DNA from: Patescibacteria group bacterium
GTDB taxonomy: Bacteria > Patescibacteriota > Minisyncoccia > Phycocordibacterales > UBA918
Direction: 5' to 3'
Assembly (NCBI GenBank): GCA_040386275.1
Contig: JAZKFU010000008.1
Span: 176,219 to 240,218, forward strand
DNA length: 64,000 nt
Shown here: positions 19,660 through 29,477 of the stretch, piece by piece
Layout of the letters: each line of letters starts with the position of its first letter
Numbering within the stretch: position 1 is the first letter of the stretch
The notes under the pieces: model-generated
Database searches by the model: none
The model's input: the letters and a program-made list of their open reading frames with translations, nothing else
Told to the model about the DNA's origin: nothing
Position numbers and translations under genes: made by a program

Positions 19660-22600
19660 ATGCATTCTCTCTGGTTATTTTTTCTCCATAAGCGAGAATT
19701 TAGTATTTTGTTGATGCTTGCCCTGATTGGGTTGGGTGCCTATGCCGCTATTATTATTCCTAAAGAATCATTTCCTGAAGTAATCGTGCCAGTTGGTATT
19801 GTAACGACAGTCTATCCTGGTGCTTCAGCGGCGGATATAGAGGAATTGATTACCAACAAGCTCGAAGACGCGATAGCCAACGTCGAAGACATCGAAAACT
19901 TGACCTCAACGTCACGTGATGATGTTTCAACAATTAACGTTGAGTTCGCGGCGAGTGCTGACATTGATAAATCAATTCAAAAATTAAAAGACGCAGTTGA
20001 TAGTGCCAAAAGTGAACTGCCTAGTGATGCAAATGATCCGTTTGTATCGGAAGTAGACTTTTCGAACCAACCAATTTTGATTGTAGCGATTTCGTCTGAC
20101 CTCTCACCTACCGCCTTTACCGCGCTCGGAGAAGACATTAAAGATGAACTTACTACTATTAACGGAGTGTCTGAAGTGCAGATTTCAGGAACGCGCGCCC
20201 GACAAATTCAAGTCCTCGTTAAAGAAGAGGCGTTAACTGGATTTGGTATTAGTATCAACGAAGTTACTCAAGCCCTAGGCCAAGCCAACCTTACTGTACC
20301 CGTTGGGACCGTTTCAACCGAAGGCATTGAATACGCGGTTCGTTTTGAAGGCAAGCTTAATACCGTAGAAGATATTAAGAGTGTGCCGGTTAAATCAAAT
20401 AACGGCCAAGTGATTTACATTCGTGACCTCGCGGACGTTACTGATGGAGTAAGTCGTGAATCATCTATTTCACGCGTCTCAGTTGATGGTGTGCCATCTG
20501 AAACGTCAATGACGTTAACTATTTACAAAAAAGCCGGCGGGGATGTCACTGACGTGACCGACCCGGTACTCGCCAAAATTGAAGAACTCAAAAAAGATGA
20601 GGGATTACTCAGTGACTCTCAAGTTCTCGTAGTATTTGACCAAGGCAAGCAAGTCCGGAAAGACCTTTCTGAATTGATTAAAGCCGGTCTTGAAACTGTA
20701 GTGCTTGTTGTTCTTGTGCTCTTGCTCACGATTGGATGGCGCGAATCATTGGTAGCGGCGCTGTCTATTCCGCTATCATTTGTGATTGCCTTTATTGGTC
20801 TCTATGCGTCTGGGAATACCATTAACTTCATCTCGCTGTTTGCGTTGATTCTCTCGGTCGGTATTCTGGTGGACTCGGGAATTGTAGTAACCGAAGCGAT
20901 TCACACGCGACTCCGCAAAACGGGTAACGCTATGCAAGCAGCCGAACGTTCTATTCGTGAATACGCCTGGCCATTAATCGCCGGAACTATGACGACCGTA
21001 GCGGTGTTTGCTCCCCTCTTTTTCCTCTCGGGAGTAACCGGTGAATTTATTTCATCTATTCCGTTTACGATTATCTTCGTGTTGATTGCGTCTATCTTTG
21101 TGGCATTAGGTCTAGTGCCATTGATTGCGATTTACCTTACGAGCAACGCGCATTCAAACCGCTTTGAAGAAAAGCAAGAAGAATACACCGAAAAAGCGCA
21201 ACTCTGGTACCGGACTAAATTGGTTAATTTCCTTAAGAGTAAAGTACAACAACGCGTGTTGTTATGGAGTTTGTTCCTAGGCTTGATTTTTGCCTTTGCC
21301 CTGCCAGCAACAGGATTACTTAAAGTAATCTTTTTCCCACCAGAAAACGTTGATGCGCTCTATATTGAGATTGAAACCGCGCAAGGTACACCGGTGACCG
21401 ATACTGACTTAGTAGTACGTGAAGTGGAAGAAATCCTCTATGATAAAGAGTACATTCAATCATTTACCACAACAGCTGGTTCAGGTTCTGCCTTTACCGG
21501 CAGTACTAACGCAGGTGGAAAATTTGCGAATATTACCGTTGAACTCAAACCAGAACGAGAGCAATCTAGTATTGATCTCGCGGTTGAACTCCGAAAAGAA
21601 TTTGCCGACATCAAAGGTGGTACCGTTAAAATTGTAGAACAACAAAACGGTCCCCCAACCGGAGCGCCGGTGTTTATCAAACTTAGTGGTGAAAGTCTCG
21701 CTGACCTACTCCTCGTTTCTGACCGCGCTGAAGAACTTCTCAAAGATATCGAAGGTACACGCGATGTAGAAGCTAGTAGTAAAAGTAACGCCACTGAATT
21801 TGTTCTCACTATCGACAAGGGTAAAGCAAGCACCTTGGGTGTTCCCCCATCAGCAGTCGGTGGTGTACTGCGTAGTGCAGTATTCGGCGTAGAAGCTACT
21901 ACCATCAACCAGGAAGGTGAAGATATTGATGTTATTGTTCGATTAGGTGTTGACCGCAACACCCTTGATAGTTCAGCGACGCCAAAAATTACCATTGATA
22001 CGTTGCGTAACCTAACCGTTACTTCAATTCGTGGTGAAAGCGTCCCACTGAGTAGTATTACCGCCGAAACCTTAGCCTCAGCCAACGCCGCGATTAATCA
22101 CGAAGACAAAAAACGTCAAGTGACCGTCGGAGCCTTCACCGAAGAAGGAGTAGTAGCCGGTGAAGTGGTAAATCAATTTAAAGCTCGTGTTGGTGAACTA
22201 GAAGCTCCAGCTGGTGTAGAGATTGGGTACGGTGGTGAAGCGGAAAACGTAAACCAATCATTTACCGAAATGTTTATCGCTTTGGCTGTGGGGTTACTCT
22301 TGATGCTCGCGATCCTCGTACTGTCATTTAACTCAATTCGTTACTCACTGTACCTTTTGCTCGTCGTTCCCTACTCGCTCATTGGAGTGTTTGCCGGGCT
22401 CGCCATGACAGGTTTAGCACTTTCCTTCACCTCACTCTTAGGAGTGATTGCCCTAGCAGGAGTTATCATCAACCACAACATCATTTTGATGGACTCGATG
22501 ATTACGCATAAGGGTGCGCAAAAGGAAGATGAGTCTCTCATTGACCAAGTAGCTGACGCTTCTGTATCACGATTCCGTCCGATTATGCTCACCACTATCA

Positions 22601-22836
22601 CAACGGTAGTTGGTATGATTCCATTATCACGGATTTCTGACTTCTGGAGCCCGCTCGCATTTGCGATTATGTTCGGACTAACCTTTGCCATGATTCTGAC
22701 GCTAGTACTCGTGCCAACACTGTACTACCGAAATGAATTAGCAAAACAAAACCCGGTAAAGAAACAATGGTTCTTTATCCGCTGGCCAAAGTACCTCTAC
22801 CAAAAGGTTAAAGGTCGAAACATAACGACCGTCTAA
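19660..22836 (+). CDS. RND transporter (AcrB/AcrD/AcrF family)
   Basis: 1058 aa; YPGASAADIE, GILVDSGIVVTE, SRFRPIMLTTITT. Confidence 0.95.
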   Translation: MHSLWLFFLHKREFSILLMLALIGLGAYAAIIIPKESFPEVIVPVGIVTTVYPGASAADIEELITNKLEDAIANVEDIENLTSTSRDDVSTINVEFAASADIDKSIQKLKDAVDSAKSELPSDANDPFVSEVDFSNQPILIVAISSDLSPTAFTALGEDIKDELTTINGVSEVQISGTRARQIQVLVKEEALTGFGISINEVTQALGQANLTVPVGTVSTEGIEYAVRFEGKLNTVEDIKSVPVKSNNGQVIYIRDLADVTDGVSRESSISRVSVDGVPSETSMTLTIYKKAGGDVTDVTDPVLAKIEELKKDEGLLSDSQVLVVFDQGKQVRKDLSELIKAGLETVVLVVLVLLLTIGWRESLVAALSIPLSFVIAFIGLYASGNTINFISLFALILSVGILVDSGIVVTEAIHTRLRKTGNAMQAAERSIREYAWPLIAGTMTTVAVFAPLFFLSGVTGEFISSIPFTIIFVLIASIFVALGLVPLIAIYLTSNAHSNRFEEKQEEYTEKAQLWYRTKLVNFLKSKVQQRVLLWSLFLGLIFAFALPATGLLKVIFFPPENVDALYIEIETAQGTPVTDTDLVVREVEEILYDKEYIQSFTTTAGSGSAFTGSTNAGGKFANITVELKPEREQSSIDLAVELRKEFADIKGGTVKIVEQQNGPPTGAPVFIKLSGESLADLLLVSDRAEELLKDIEGTRDVEASSKSNATEFVLTIDKGKASTLGVPPSAVGGVLRSAVFGVEATTINQEGEDIDVIVRLGVDRNTLDSSATPKITIDTLRNLTVTSIRGESVPLSSITAETLASANAAINHEDKKRQVTVGAFTEEGVVAGEVVNQFKARVGELEAPAGVEIGYGGEAENVNQSFTEMFIALAVGLLLMLAILVLSFNSIRYSLYLLLVVPYSLIGVFAGLAMTGLALSFTSLLGVIALAGVIINHNIILMDSMITHKGAQKEDESLIDQVADASVSRFRPIMLTTITTVVGMIPLSRISDFWSPLAFAIMFGLTFAMILTLVLVPTLYYRNELAKQNPVKKQWFFIRWPKYLYQKVKGRNITTV

Positions 22837-22840
22837 CAAT

Positions 22841-22873
22841 AAAAAACCGCAGGCAATCGCCGGCGGTTTTTTT
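22841..22873. terminator. bidirectional intrinsic terminator
   Basis: AAAAAACCGCAGGC-AATC-GCCGGCGGTTTTTT. Confidence 0.8.
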
Positions 22874-22884
22874 ATATGTACAGT

Positions 22885-23385
22885 TTATTTTTTAAGATAC
22901 TTCATCACCCCGTTAACAACCAATAGCGCGACAACCAGTGCTGTGACATACCACACCAAGAACATACTCATAGTTATGTTTATGTCGAGCATCCCAACCA
23001 CGGTAGTGAGGATTCCTAATGTATACCAACTCCCCGCTTGAATCCCCGGCCCCATGGTACTAGGCATGATGCGCTTGGTCATGAGGATGGAATTGAGTAA
23101 CAAGACAAAGGCTACGAGTAATTGCGCCCAGAGGTACGTAGCGACTGAAGCTACATCAACCGTCGAGAGAGCCGATAGAATCAAATATCCCGTAGTAACA
23201 AAGATCAATGCTAACGCAATCTTTAACACCACATACACAACACCCATCATTTTTCGTTCACCGGGATCAATCGTACCGTCTGCAATCGCTACAAAAAAAT
23301 TACTAATAGCTAATGTTGAACCTCCCATCCCTAACGCAATTCCCGTCCCCTGCAATATAATTGCCAGCATAATTAACAGTTCCAT
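22885..23385 (-). CDS. hypothetical multi-TM membrane protein
   Basis: 166 aa, about 5 hydrophobic helices. Confidence 0.7.
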   Translation of the reverse strand: MELLIMLAIILQGTGIALGMGGSTLAISNFFVAIADGTIDPGERKMMGVVYVVLKIALALIFVTTGYLILSALSTVDVASVATYLWAQLLVAFVLLLNSILMTKRIMPSTMGPGIQAGSWYTLGILTTVVGMLDINITMSMFLVWYVTALVVALLVVNGVMKYLKK

Positions 23386-23465
23386 AGCTATATAGTAGCC
23401 TACACCAAGCCCTCCTGTGCAGCCGCACTGTTTATTACCTAAATTTGATATACTAAAGTATCACT

Positions 23466-24170
23466 ATGACACACTACAAACACTTATTTTTCGACATGGA
23501 CATGACCATCGCTCCCTCACGGCAACCGATACTGCCCGAGATGTTCGAGTTACTCAGTAACGCCACCCAGGACATAGTAATAGTTTCAGGCCAAGAAGTA
23601 TCAAAAATTCAATGGCAAAGTAATAACCTACCCGCTATTGTGCTCGGGCAAAATGGAAACCACGCTATTGATACTGCAGGCAACGAACTCTGGAACATTC
23701 CGCTTGAACCGCATCATCGTGATCAGATACTCGACCATATAAGTGAAATTGTTGAACTGCTTGACCATGAACTCAATCACGACTGGAACCCAATTGAAGA
23801 TAGAGGGGCCCAAATTACCTTTAGTCCGGTTGGTAACACCGCACCAGTAGAGGTCAAAAAAACCTACGACCCAGATCGCAAAAAACGTGAGTCGCTACTG
23901 GCTCAAATTCCCTTTGCGTCCGAAGACTTAATTGTAAAAATCGGTGGCTCGACTAGCCTCGACTATATTCATAAAGACCGTCATAAAGGCACTAATGTGC
24001 AAAAATTAATTGATTGGATGGGCTGGAACAAAGACGAATGTATTTACTACGGTGACGGTCTTTTCACTGGTGGCAACGACGAAGCTGTTATCGGTGTAAT
24101 TGATACCGTACTGGTGGAAGATCATATTGATACCTATAATCGCCTGAAAAATCTCCTTTCAGAAACCTAG
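23466..24170 (+). CDS. HAD-IIB hydrolase, phosphomannomutase-like
   Basis: FDMDMT, EDRGAQITFSPVG, GGSTSLD, GDGLFTGGND. Confidence 0.85.
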   Translation: MTHYKHLFFDMDMTIAPSRQPILPEMFELLSNATQDIVIVSGQEVSKIQWQSNNLPAIVLGQNGNHAIDTAGNELWNIPLEPHHRDQILDHISEIVELLDHELNHDWNPIEDRGAQITFSPVGNTAPVEVKKTYDPDRKKRESLLAQIPFASEDLIVKIGGSTSLDYIHKDRHKGTNVQKLIDWMGWNKDECIYYGDGLFTGGNDEAVIGVIDTVLVEDHIDTYNRLKNLLSET

Positions 24171-24246
24171 GAACACCCCGTATCTTTACCAGCTATAGAA
24201 TGGGTGTAGACTATGATCAGAATGCAAACAAAGGAGGGACACGACC

Positions 24247-24894
24247 ATGAAAGTAGTTCTTGCCGCTCTTGCGCTCACCTGTTCCTTGCTGTTTTCTCTG
24301 CCTACGCGGGCAGAAGAAACACTCAACAAGCTCCATCTCATTATCTCATGGGATATGAGTGGGAGTATGCGTACCAACGGACCCGTTGACTGGACCCGGG
24401 CCGGTGCTGACTTCTTTAACGAGTATTTTTCCAACTACCATCATCGATGCCAGGTAGTAACGGTAGATATGATATCGTGGGGACTACAGTCACTGCCACC
24501 AGTTCATATCGAGCTGAAGTCGCGCGACGAAAGCGACTTGCTCGCCGACTACGCGAGTAAACTCACCCGCTTCAAGCATGACGGCACTAGTCCTCGAGTT
24601 GGAATGCTGTATGCCAATAGCTATGTTGCCCCGGGGTATAACAAAACGGTCATTCTCTTCGTTAGTGACTCAGGTATAAACGGTGAAGGCAATTCCGAAC
24701 TTTGGCACCTCGTTGAACCAACTACCGAGTTCTACGGAATTTCGTTGAGCGATAGTCTGTCTCGCAACTATGTTGCGAACCACATTGTCCCGCAACACGG
24801 AAGGCATTTCCACGCTGAGACCGAAAGTCACTTCCGGGACATCCTGACAATGATCCTCGACGACCTTGGGCAAGATAATTGCCCGACCAGTTAA
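24247..24894 (+). CDS. secreted vWA-domain protein (DUF1194-like)
   Basis: Signal peptide, MIDAS DMSGS, GT and VSD motifs; AAGGAGG SD; terminator 24899-24929. Confidence 0.75.
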   Translation: MKVVLAALALTCSLLFSLPTRAEETLNKLHLIISWDMSGSMRTNGPVDWTRAGADFFNEYFSNYHHRCQVVTVDMISWGLQSLPPVHIELKSRDESDLLADYASKLTRFKHDGTSPRVGMLYANSYVAPGYNKTVILFVSDSGINGEGNSELWHLVEPTTEFYGISLSDSLSRNYVANHIVPQHGRHFHAETESHFRDILTMILDDLGQDNCPTS

Positions 24895-25023
24895 CACTAC
24901 CGCATCCCATGTCTATCTGGGGTGCGGTTTTACGTTACCTCTATGCACCCTTTTTTCTTTACAGTACAGCAATACAGGAATACTCTAACAAATGGGAGGT
25001 TCACACGAGTAACGGAGACCATA

Positions 25024-25665
25024 ATGATGAAAAAGTTTCTCATCATAATTATCCTAACTGTGTTGACCATGTTCTCTACCAATACAAGCAAAGCCCAGGA
25101 CGCTACGGCACTCATCGTCATCGCTGCGGATCAGAGTGAGAGTATGTTCCAGAGTAAGCATAGCGATATCCAGCGCGATGGATTTATCACTGCCTTTGCG
25201 AACTACGTGGCCGACTGCAACAATCTACAGGTGGACTATATTGCCTGGGGTGACTCAACGTCAGTTCCGGTCTCAGCCCGGCTTATCAACGAAAAAGCCG
25301 TTGTCGACTACGCAATGGCGCTTTGGCCAGTGAGCCACTATATTCTAAGCACCACCAACCACTCGCTTGGACTGCGTGCTGCACTCAAACAGCTTGCGGC
25401 GTCAGACGCACAACAAAAGGTGCTCGTCTTCACCACCGACGGTGTATCCAATGAATCCCGAAATTGGGATCTAGGGCGAACAATACCAGCCGATGTAATG
25501 GTGTACACCATTTCACTCGGTACTGAAGAAATCAGTAACTTCGTACAGAAACATATCCAGCCAGCAACCGGCGGGGTCCACTTCCACGCGAACAATGCTG
25601 ATGAATTGACGGCAAAACTGGAGGAAGTTTTTGCCGCCGCCAAGACCGACTTGTGTCTAAGTTAG
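25024..25665 (+). CDS. secreted vWA-domain protein, paralog of the upstream gene
   Basis: Signal peptide, DQSESM, FTTDG; GGAG SD; terminator 25674-25700. Confidence 0.75.
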   Translation: MMKKFLIIIILTVLTMFSTNTSKAQDATALIVIAADQSESMFQSKHSDIQRDGFITAFANYVADCNNLQVDYIAWGDSTSVPVSARLINEKAVVDYAMALWPVSHYILSTTNHSLGLRAALKQLAASDAQQKVLVFTTDGVSNESRNWDLGRTIPADVMVYTISLGTEEISNFVQKHIQPATGGVHFHANNADELTAKLEEVFAAAKTDLCLS

Positions 25666-25708
25666 ATAAGATGAACCCCTGCCAGTGATGGCGGGGGTTT
25701 TTATAGGA

Positions 25709-25981
25709 GTTTGCTTGCTTAGGGTCCAATGTGGTCACGAGTTACTAAGTATATTTGTTCACTTTGTTTCAAATCTACTAACAGCTCTCGACCCCGACCC
25801 TAGCGGACTTGTCCTGACGGTCACAAATTCGCTGATGCTCATAAGTGCCGCGGGACACAGCTCGTTCGTGACAAAGTCACATCACTCCGCTGTTCAAGTC
25901 CGCCCGCAATGTGCGCAGGCACATTGCTTAAGGTCCACGAACAAAAAATGGCACAACGCAGTGTGCTCATTTTTGTATTCG
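25709..25981 (-). other. tRNA 3'-mirror element 1
   Basis: Inverted copy of the tRNA 3' end (25892-25941) split by GCAATGTG-N6-CACATTGC; direct copy at 25796-25811. Confidence 0.8.
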
Positions 25982-26054
25982 TGGACCCTAGCGGACTTGA
26001 ACCGCTCACCTCTTCCATGCCATGGAAGCGCTCTACCGGATGAGCTAAGGGCCC
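25982..26054 (-). tRNA. tRNA-Ala(GGC), CCA not encoded
   Basis: GGGCCCTTAGCTCATCCGGTAGAGCG-CTTCC-ATGGCAT-GGAAG...GTTCAAGTCCGCTAGGGTCCA; G3:U70; TTGCTT-N17-TATAAT upstream. Confidence 0.96.
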
Positions 26055-26153
26055 GAAATTGGACTGGCTGATTATAGCGGTTTGTGTTGATACAAGCAAG
26101 AAAAATAAGGATACCCTGCTGGGTATCCTTATTTTTCAACTTTTATAAATAGA

Positions 26154-26423
26154 TTAACGTACAATAACTTTGTCACCGACTACTTGGTAGTCGTCAGCGG
26201 ATTCGAGTAACATAACTCCACTGCGCATATGAATGTTTGGAGCAGTTGCAATAGCCGTCTGCCAATCATTTGCAGTAACTGATTTAACATCTCCCGCCGC
26301 ATCTACATAGGCGTACGTAGCCGCTTGTGTAGATTGAGCGTATACAACGAAAGCAAACATCAATACTACAAGTGCGATAATAGGAACGATAACTGGTAGT
26401 ACATAATTTGATAGCGTTTTCAT
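26154..26423 (-). CDS. small exported hypothetical protein
   Basis: N-terminal TM/signal; terminator 26101-26136. Confidence 0.65.
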   Translation of the reverse strand: MKTLSNYVLPVIVPIIALVVLMFAFVVYAQSTQAATYAYVDAAGDVKSVTANDWQTAIATAPNIHMRSGVMLLESADDYQVVGDKVIVR

Positions 26424-26575
26424 AGATTTAAATATTATTTAATAGAAATCAGGTCAATACGGATTCAACTATGTGTATTTTGAAACATACTGAAATCATG
26501 CATTGCCCCACAATGTTATTATATTATAATAACAAATATTTGAAAAGACCTTTTATAAATTATTTGTTAATAGCG

Positions 26576-27217
26576 CTAGGCTACCTTTTTCGCTGCTCGT
26601 TTGGCAACCGTTGCCTTTTTACTCACCTTCTTTTTAGCTTTAGCCTTCTCGATTGCCGGGGTAACTTTCTTTGGCTTCCGAGTTTTAACTACAATATCCT
26701 CCCCTGCTTCTTCAACTGACTTAGTACCAACAATCGGTAATGCCTCAACAAGTTTTTCAGACGCTTTAATCAGCGCTAAAATTTGATTTATTTTCTCTTC
26801 TACAACACCAAGTTGCTTAACAAGTAGTTTGTAGTCAGGCGGGACAAACGCAGCGGGACTTGGTCGCTCCATAGTTCGGCCTACCATTTCGTTTGGTGTA
26901 AATCGATCTCGAGAAGTGTTGCTGTTTGTTGGGGCTTCATTTTTTGCAGCGAAACAATCACGACATAGTACGGGCTTCTTTCCATCAGGTCGGAACGGTA
27001 CTTCACATGACTTACCACAGGTAGTACAGGTAGCATTGTATAGAGTCACATCTTTCTTCTCTCGATCATTAGAGAATGATGGTCGGTTGTTGCCAAATGA
27101 AGGGCGTCCAGCACCTTCAAAACGCTTCTTTGGAGCATATTTACCCGCATCACTAAAGGGACGTCCACCAAGGTCTGGTTTGCGATTACGTAAACCGCCT
27201 GGTTCAAAGTTTTTCAT
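26576..27217 (-). CDS. CxxC-x17-CxxC domain protein with Lys-rich tail
   Basis: CTTCGKSCEVPFRPDGKKPVLCRDCF. Confidence 0.85.
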   Translation of the reverse strand: MKNFEPGGLRNRKPDLGGRPFSDAGKYAPKKRFEGAGRPSFGNNRPSFSNDREKKDVTLYNATCTTCGKSCEVPFRPDGKKPVLCRDCFAAKNEAPTNSNTSRDRFTPNEMVGRTMERPSPAAFVPPDYKLLVKQLGVVEEKINQILALIKASEKLVEALPIVGTKSVEEAGEDIVVKTRKPKKVTPAIEKAKAKKKVSKKATVAKRAAKKVA

Positions 27218-27311
27218 ATACAAAGATTATATCACGAAAAGCAAATAATTCAACCCCACAGTATGGTGAGATGTTCAGTACGTTTTTACAATCAACGCAG
27301 ACAATATGAGG

Positions 27312-27435
27312 TGTTTTTTAAAATCGAGCAGATGCGCGACGACAAGTAAAATAATGATGAGCCGTACTCCTTGTACGGTGAATTATTATTTTGCGCAGGC
27401 AACAAAGCAGGTGCCGATTTTTAGAAACAACGCTA
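27312..27435 (+). repeat. ERIC-like element, copy F
   Basis: Outer arms 27312-27326/27415-27429; core GAG-CCGTAC-TCCTT-GTACGG-TGA. Confidence 0.85.
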
Positions 27436-28044
27436 GGAGCGACCTTCTTTATCTAGGACAAATCTCACAACTTGGACGATGTAGACGAATATAAACAAAT
27501 AAATAATCGCATCCCCTATCGGCTTCATGTATGTCTCGACAATCGAATAGTCACTTAACGCAAAGTACCCAATACTCATTAAGGCTGTGTTCCAGATAAT
27601 CAATCCCGCAAGTGAATACGCCACAAACTTTTTAAAATTCATCCGCACACTCCCCGCTGGGATAGAAATCACCGAGCGCACACCGGGAATCATCCGGCCG
27701 AAAAATACCGCGGGGATTTCATACTTCACAAAGTAATCTGTCGCCTTATGAAAATCTTTTCCGGAAATCGCAACGTACCCCCCGTACTTTCGAAAAAATT
27801 TCTCTAGCTTTGCCGCCGGTGCAAACCACCCGAGCGCAAACCAAAACAACGTACCCAAAAACGAACCAACACTCGCGGTAATTAGCGCAAGGACAAAGTT
27901 CAGTTCCCCTTTAGCCACCGAGTGGCCCACAAACGGCAATACTACTTCAGACGGAATCGGCGGAAAGATATTTTCTGCCACCATCAAAATAAACACGCCC
28001 CAATACCCATTTTGGGAAATAAAGTTAATTACTGCTTCAGCCAT
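27433..28044 (-). CDS. DedA family membrane protein
   Basis: ENIFPPIPSEVVLP, FFGRMIPGVRSVISIPAG. Confidence 0.93.
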   Translation of the reverse strand: MAEAVINFISQNGYWGVFILMVAENIFPPIPSEVVLPFVGHSVAKGELNFVLALITASVGSFLGTLFWFALGWFAPAAKLEKFFRKYGGYVAISGKDFHKATDYFVKYEIPAVFFGRMIPGVRSVISIPAGSVRMNFKKFVAYSLAGLIIWNTALMSIGYFALSDYSIVETYMKPIGDAIIYLFIFVYIVQVVRFVLDKEGRS

Positions 28045-28179
28045 ATAGTGGATACAGTATACAAGTCTCATCCCTATCTACCAAATAACAAGAGAATCAA
28101 TAGACATGCAAAAAGGCCAAGGAGTAATCCCTGGCCTTTTGTTCGATTCAGTTTCTATTCTGTGAAAATGTAAACAAAA

Positions 28180-28266
28180 TCAATTTTGGTTCGCGAGAAT
28201 GCATTCTGCGCGGGTGGTATGGACATAGCCGTACCGATCAATGTAGTACACGTTAGTCTTCTGCAT
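28180..28266 (-). CDS. small ORF (28 aa) with hairpin-sequestered SD
   Basis: MQKTNVYYIDRYGYVHTTRAECILANQN; AAGGAG SD; terminator 28111-28140. Confidence 0.5.
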   Translation of the reverse strand: MQKTNVYYIDRYGYVHTTRAECILANQN

Positions 28267-28441
28267 GCTTTTTCTCCTTGGTTATAAAAACCCAAGGAGA
28301 CACCTTTACCTTACATAATATATAGGTCGTTTCAAATCGAAAGAACTGCCTCCTCAGAACTGTATTTAACAACAGTATAGACATTTTTGCAAGCCAAAGA
28401 AAACCGCGCCAGTTGTTGGCGCGGGTTATTCATAATTATAT

Positions 28442-28762
28442 TTATTTGACCAATCTCAGATGTGCAGGCCCATCTTTGATCACGGCCGTCATTGCCGGTG
28501 GAACCGGATCGATGTACCGTGCCCACTTTTTCACGTGCCCTTGATGGAATTCAGAAATGGCATGCAGACCAGTCAACCTCCAGCCCTCGGCGTAGTCTTG
28601 GGTTTTTTCAAATTCACCGTCGAAGTAATCGCACACACTTTTTTCGCTTGCGCTAGCCGTGGTAAAAATTGTCACCATGTGTGAACGGAGAGGATACTTT
28701 CTTTTATCCGTTTTCTCTTTAACGGTTTTGGCTATTGGTCTCGAAATGGTATATACCGTCAT
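28442..28762 (-). CDS. hypothetical protein (stand-alone)
   Basis: 106-aa ORF, purine-rich SD-like leader, terminator 28402-28428. Confidence 0.55.
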   Translation of the reverse strand: MTVYTISRPIAKTVKEKTDKRKYPLRSHMVTIFTTASASEKSVCDYFDGEFEKTQDYAEGWRLTGLHAISEFHQGHVKKWARYIDPVPPAMTAVIKDGPAHLRLVK

Positions 28763-28870
28763 ACCCGATCCTTTCCCTTATTAGCAACTTTCTACCGATA
28801 GAGTATCGTGCAGATAATAATTGTCAATCATTGAGGCACTGATGTCTCACTACTGAACAATTACAATACA

Positions 28871-29398
28871 TTAATCATCAGACGTCGGTGCACCAGATAC
28901 TTCTTCCTGCTGGCGCTTTTTTCGTTCTTCCTCATCAGGGTCATCGGTACCCGAAATAGTAGCTACAGCAACCCGACGATTCACGTGTGGAATTCGAGGA
29001 ATGATGATTGATGCAAACGTAGCCACCACGGCTATTTGGTAGTATCCAAACCCAATCGCCATACCAATAGCGCCCGCAAACCAAATACTCGCAGCTGTGG
29101 TCAAATTACGCACGGTGAGGCCATCTTTTAAAATCAACCCAGCTCCTAGGAACCCGATACCCGACACAACTTGGGCCGCAATACGAGATTGTGACGCCGG
29201 GTCAACCGTCATGGACATAAAAGTAAACAACATCGCCCCAGAAATCACAAACGAGTGCGTACTAATCCCAGCATCCTTCCCCCGCGACTCCCGTTCAATC
29301 CCAATCAAAGTCCCCAAAACAATAGCAATAAACAAATCAAATGAAAAAGTCACCGTAGTCGGGTCGATATAAATAAGCGAAGACAAATTTTCAAACAT
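28871..29398 (-). CDS. MgtC/SapB family protein
   Basis: IGIERE...AGISTH, RIAAQVVSGIGFLGAG, LTTAASIW. Confidence 0.93.
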   Translation of the reverse strand: MFENLSSLIYIDPTTVTFSFDLFIAIVLGTLIGIERESRGKDAGISTHSFVISGAMLFTFMSMTVDPASQSRIAAQVVSGIGFLGAGLILKDGLTVRNLTTAASIWFAGAIGMAIGFGYYQIAVVATFASIIIPRIPHVNRRVAVATISGTDDPDEEERKKRQQEEVSGAPTSDD

Positions 29399-29477
29399 AG
29401 GGAGAATTTATAGCAGAAAATTTAAGTCAGATCAAATATTATTAAATAATACTTATATATTTAAAACTCGAATTTAA

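Noticed and set aside
21456-22085. Long antisense ORFs (also 51209-51862, 43517-43993, 6554-7042)
   Set aside because: Shadow frames opposite well-supported genes
25892-25941. Additional, split or permuted tRNA on the + strand (also 37658-37705)
   Set aside because: Only the 3' T-arm and acceptor strands are present; no D-arm, anticodon arm or 5' acceptor strand
25685-26139. ORFs overlapping tRNA-Ala(GGC) and its mirror element
   Set aside because: Spurious frames across non-coding structured sequence
27255-27300. Possible decayed ERIC-like half (GTATGGTGAG...CAACGCAG)
   Set aside because: Too degenerate to call without a model
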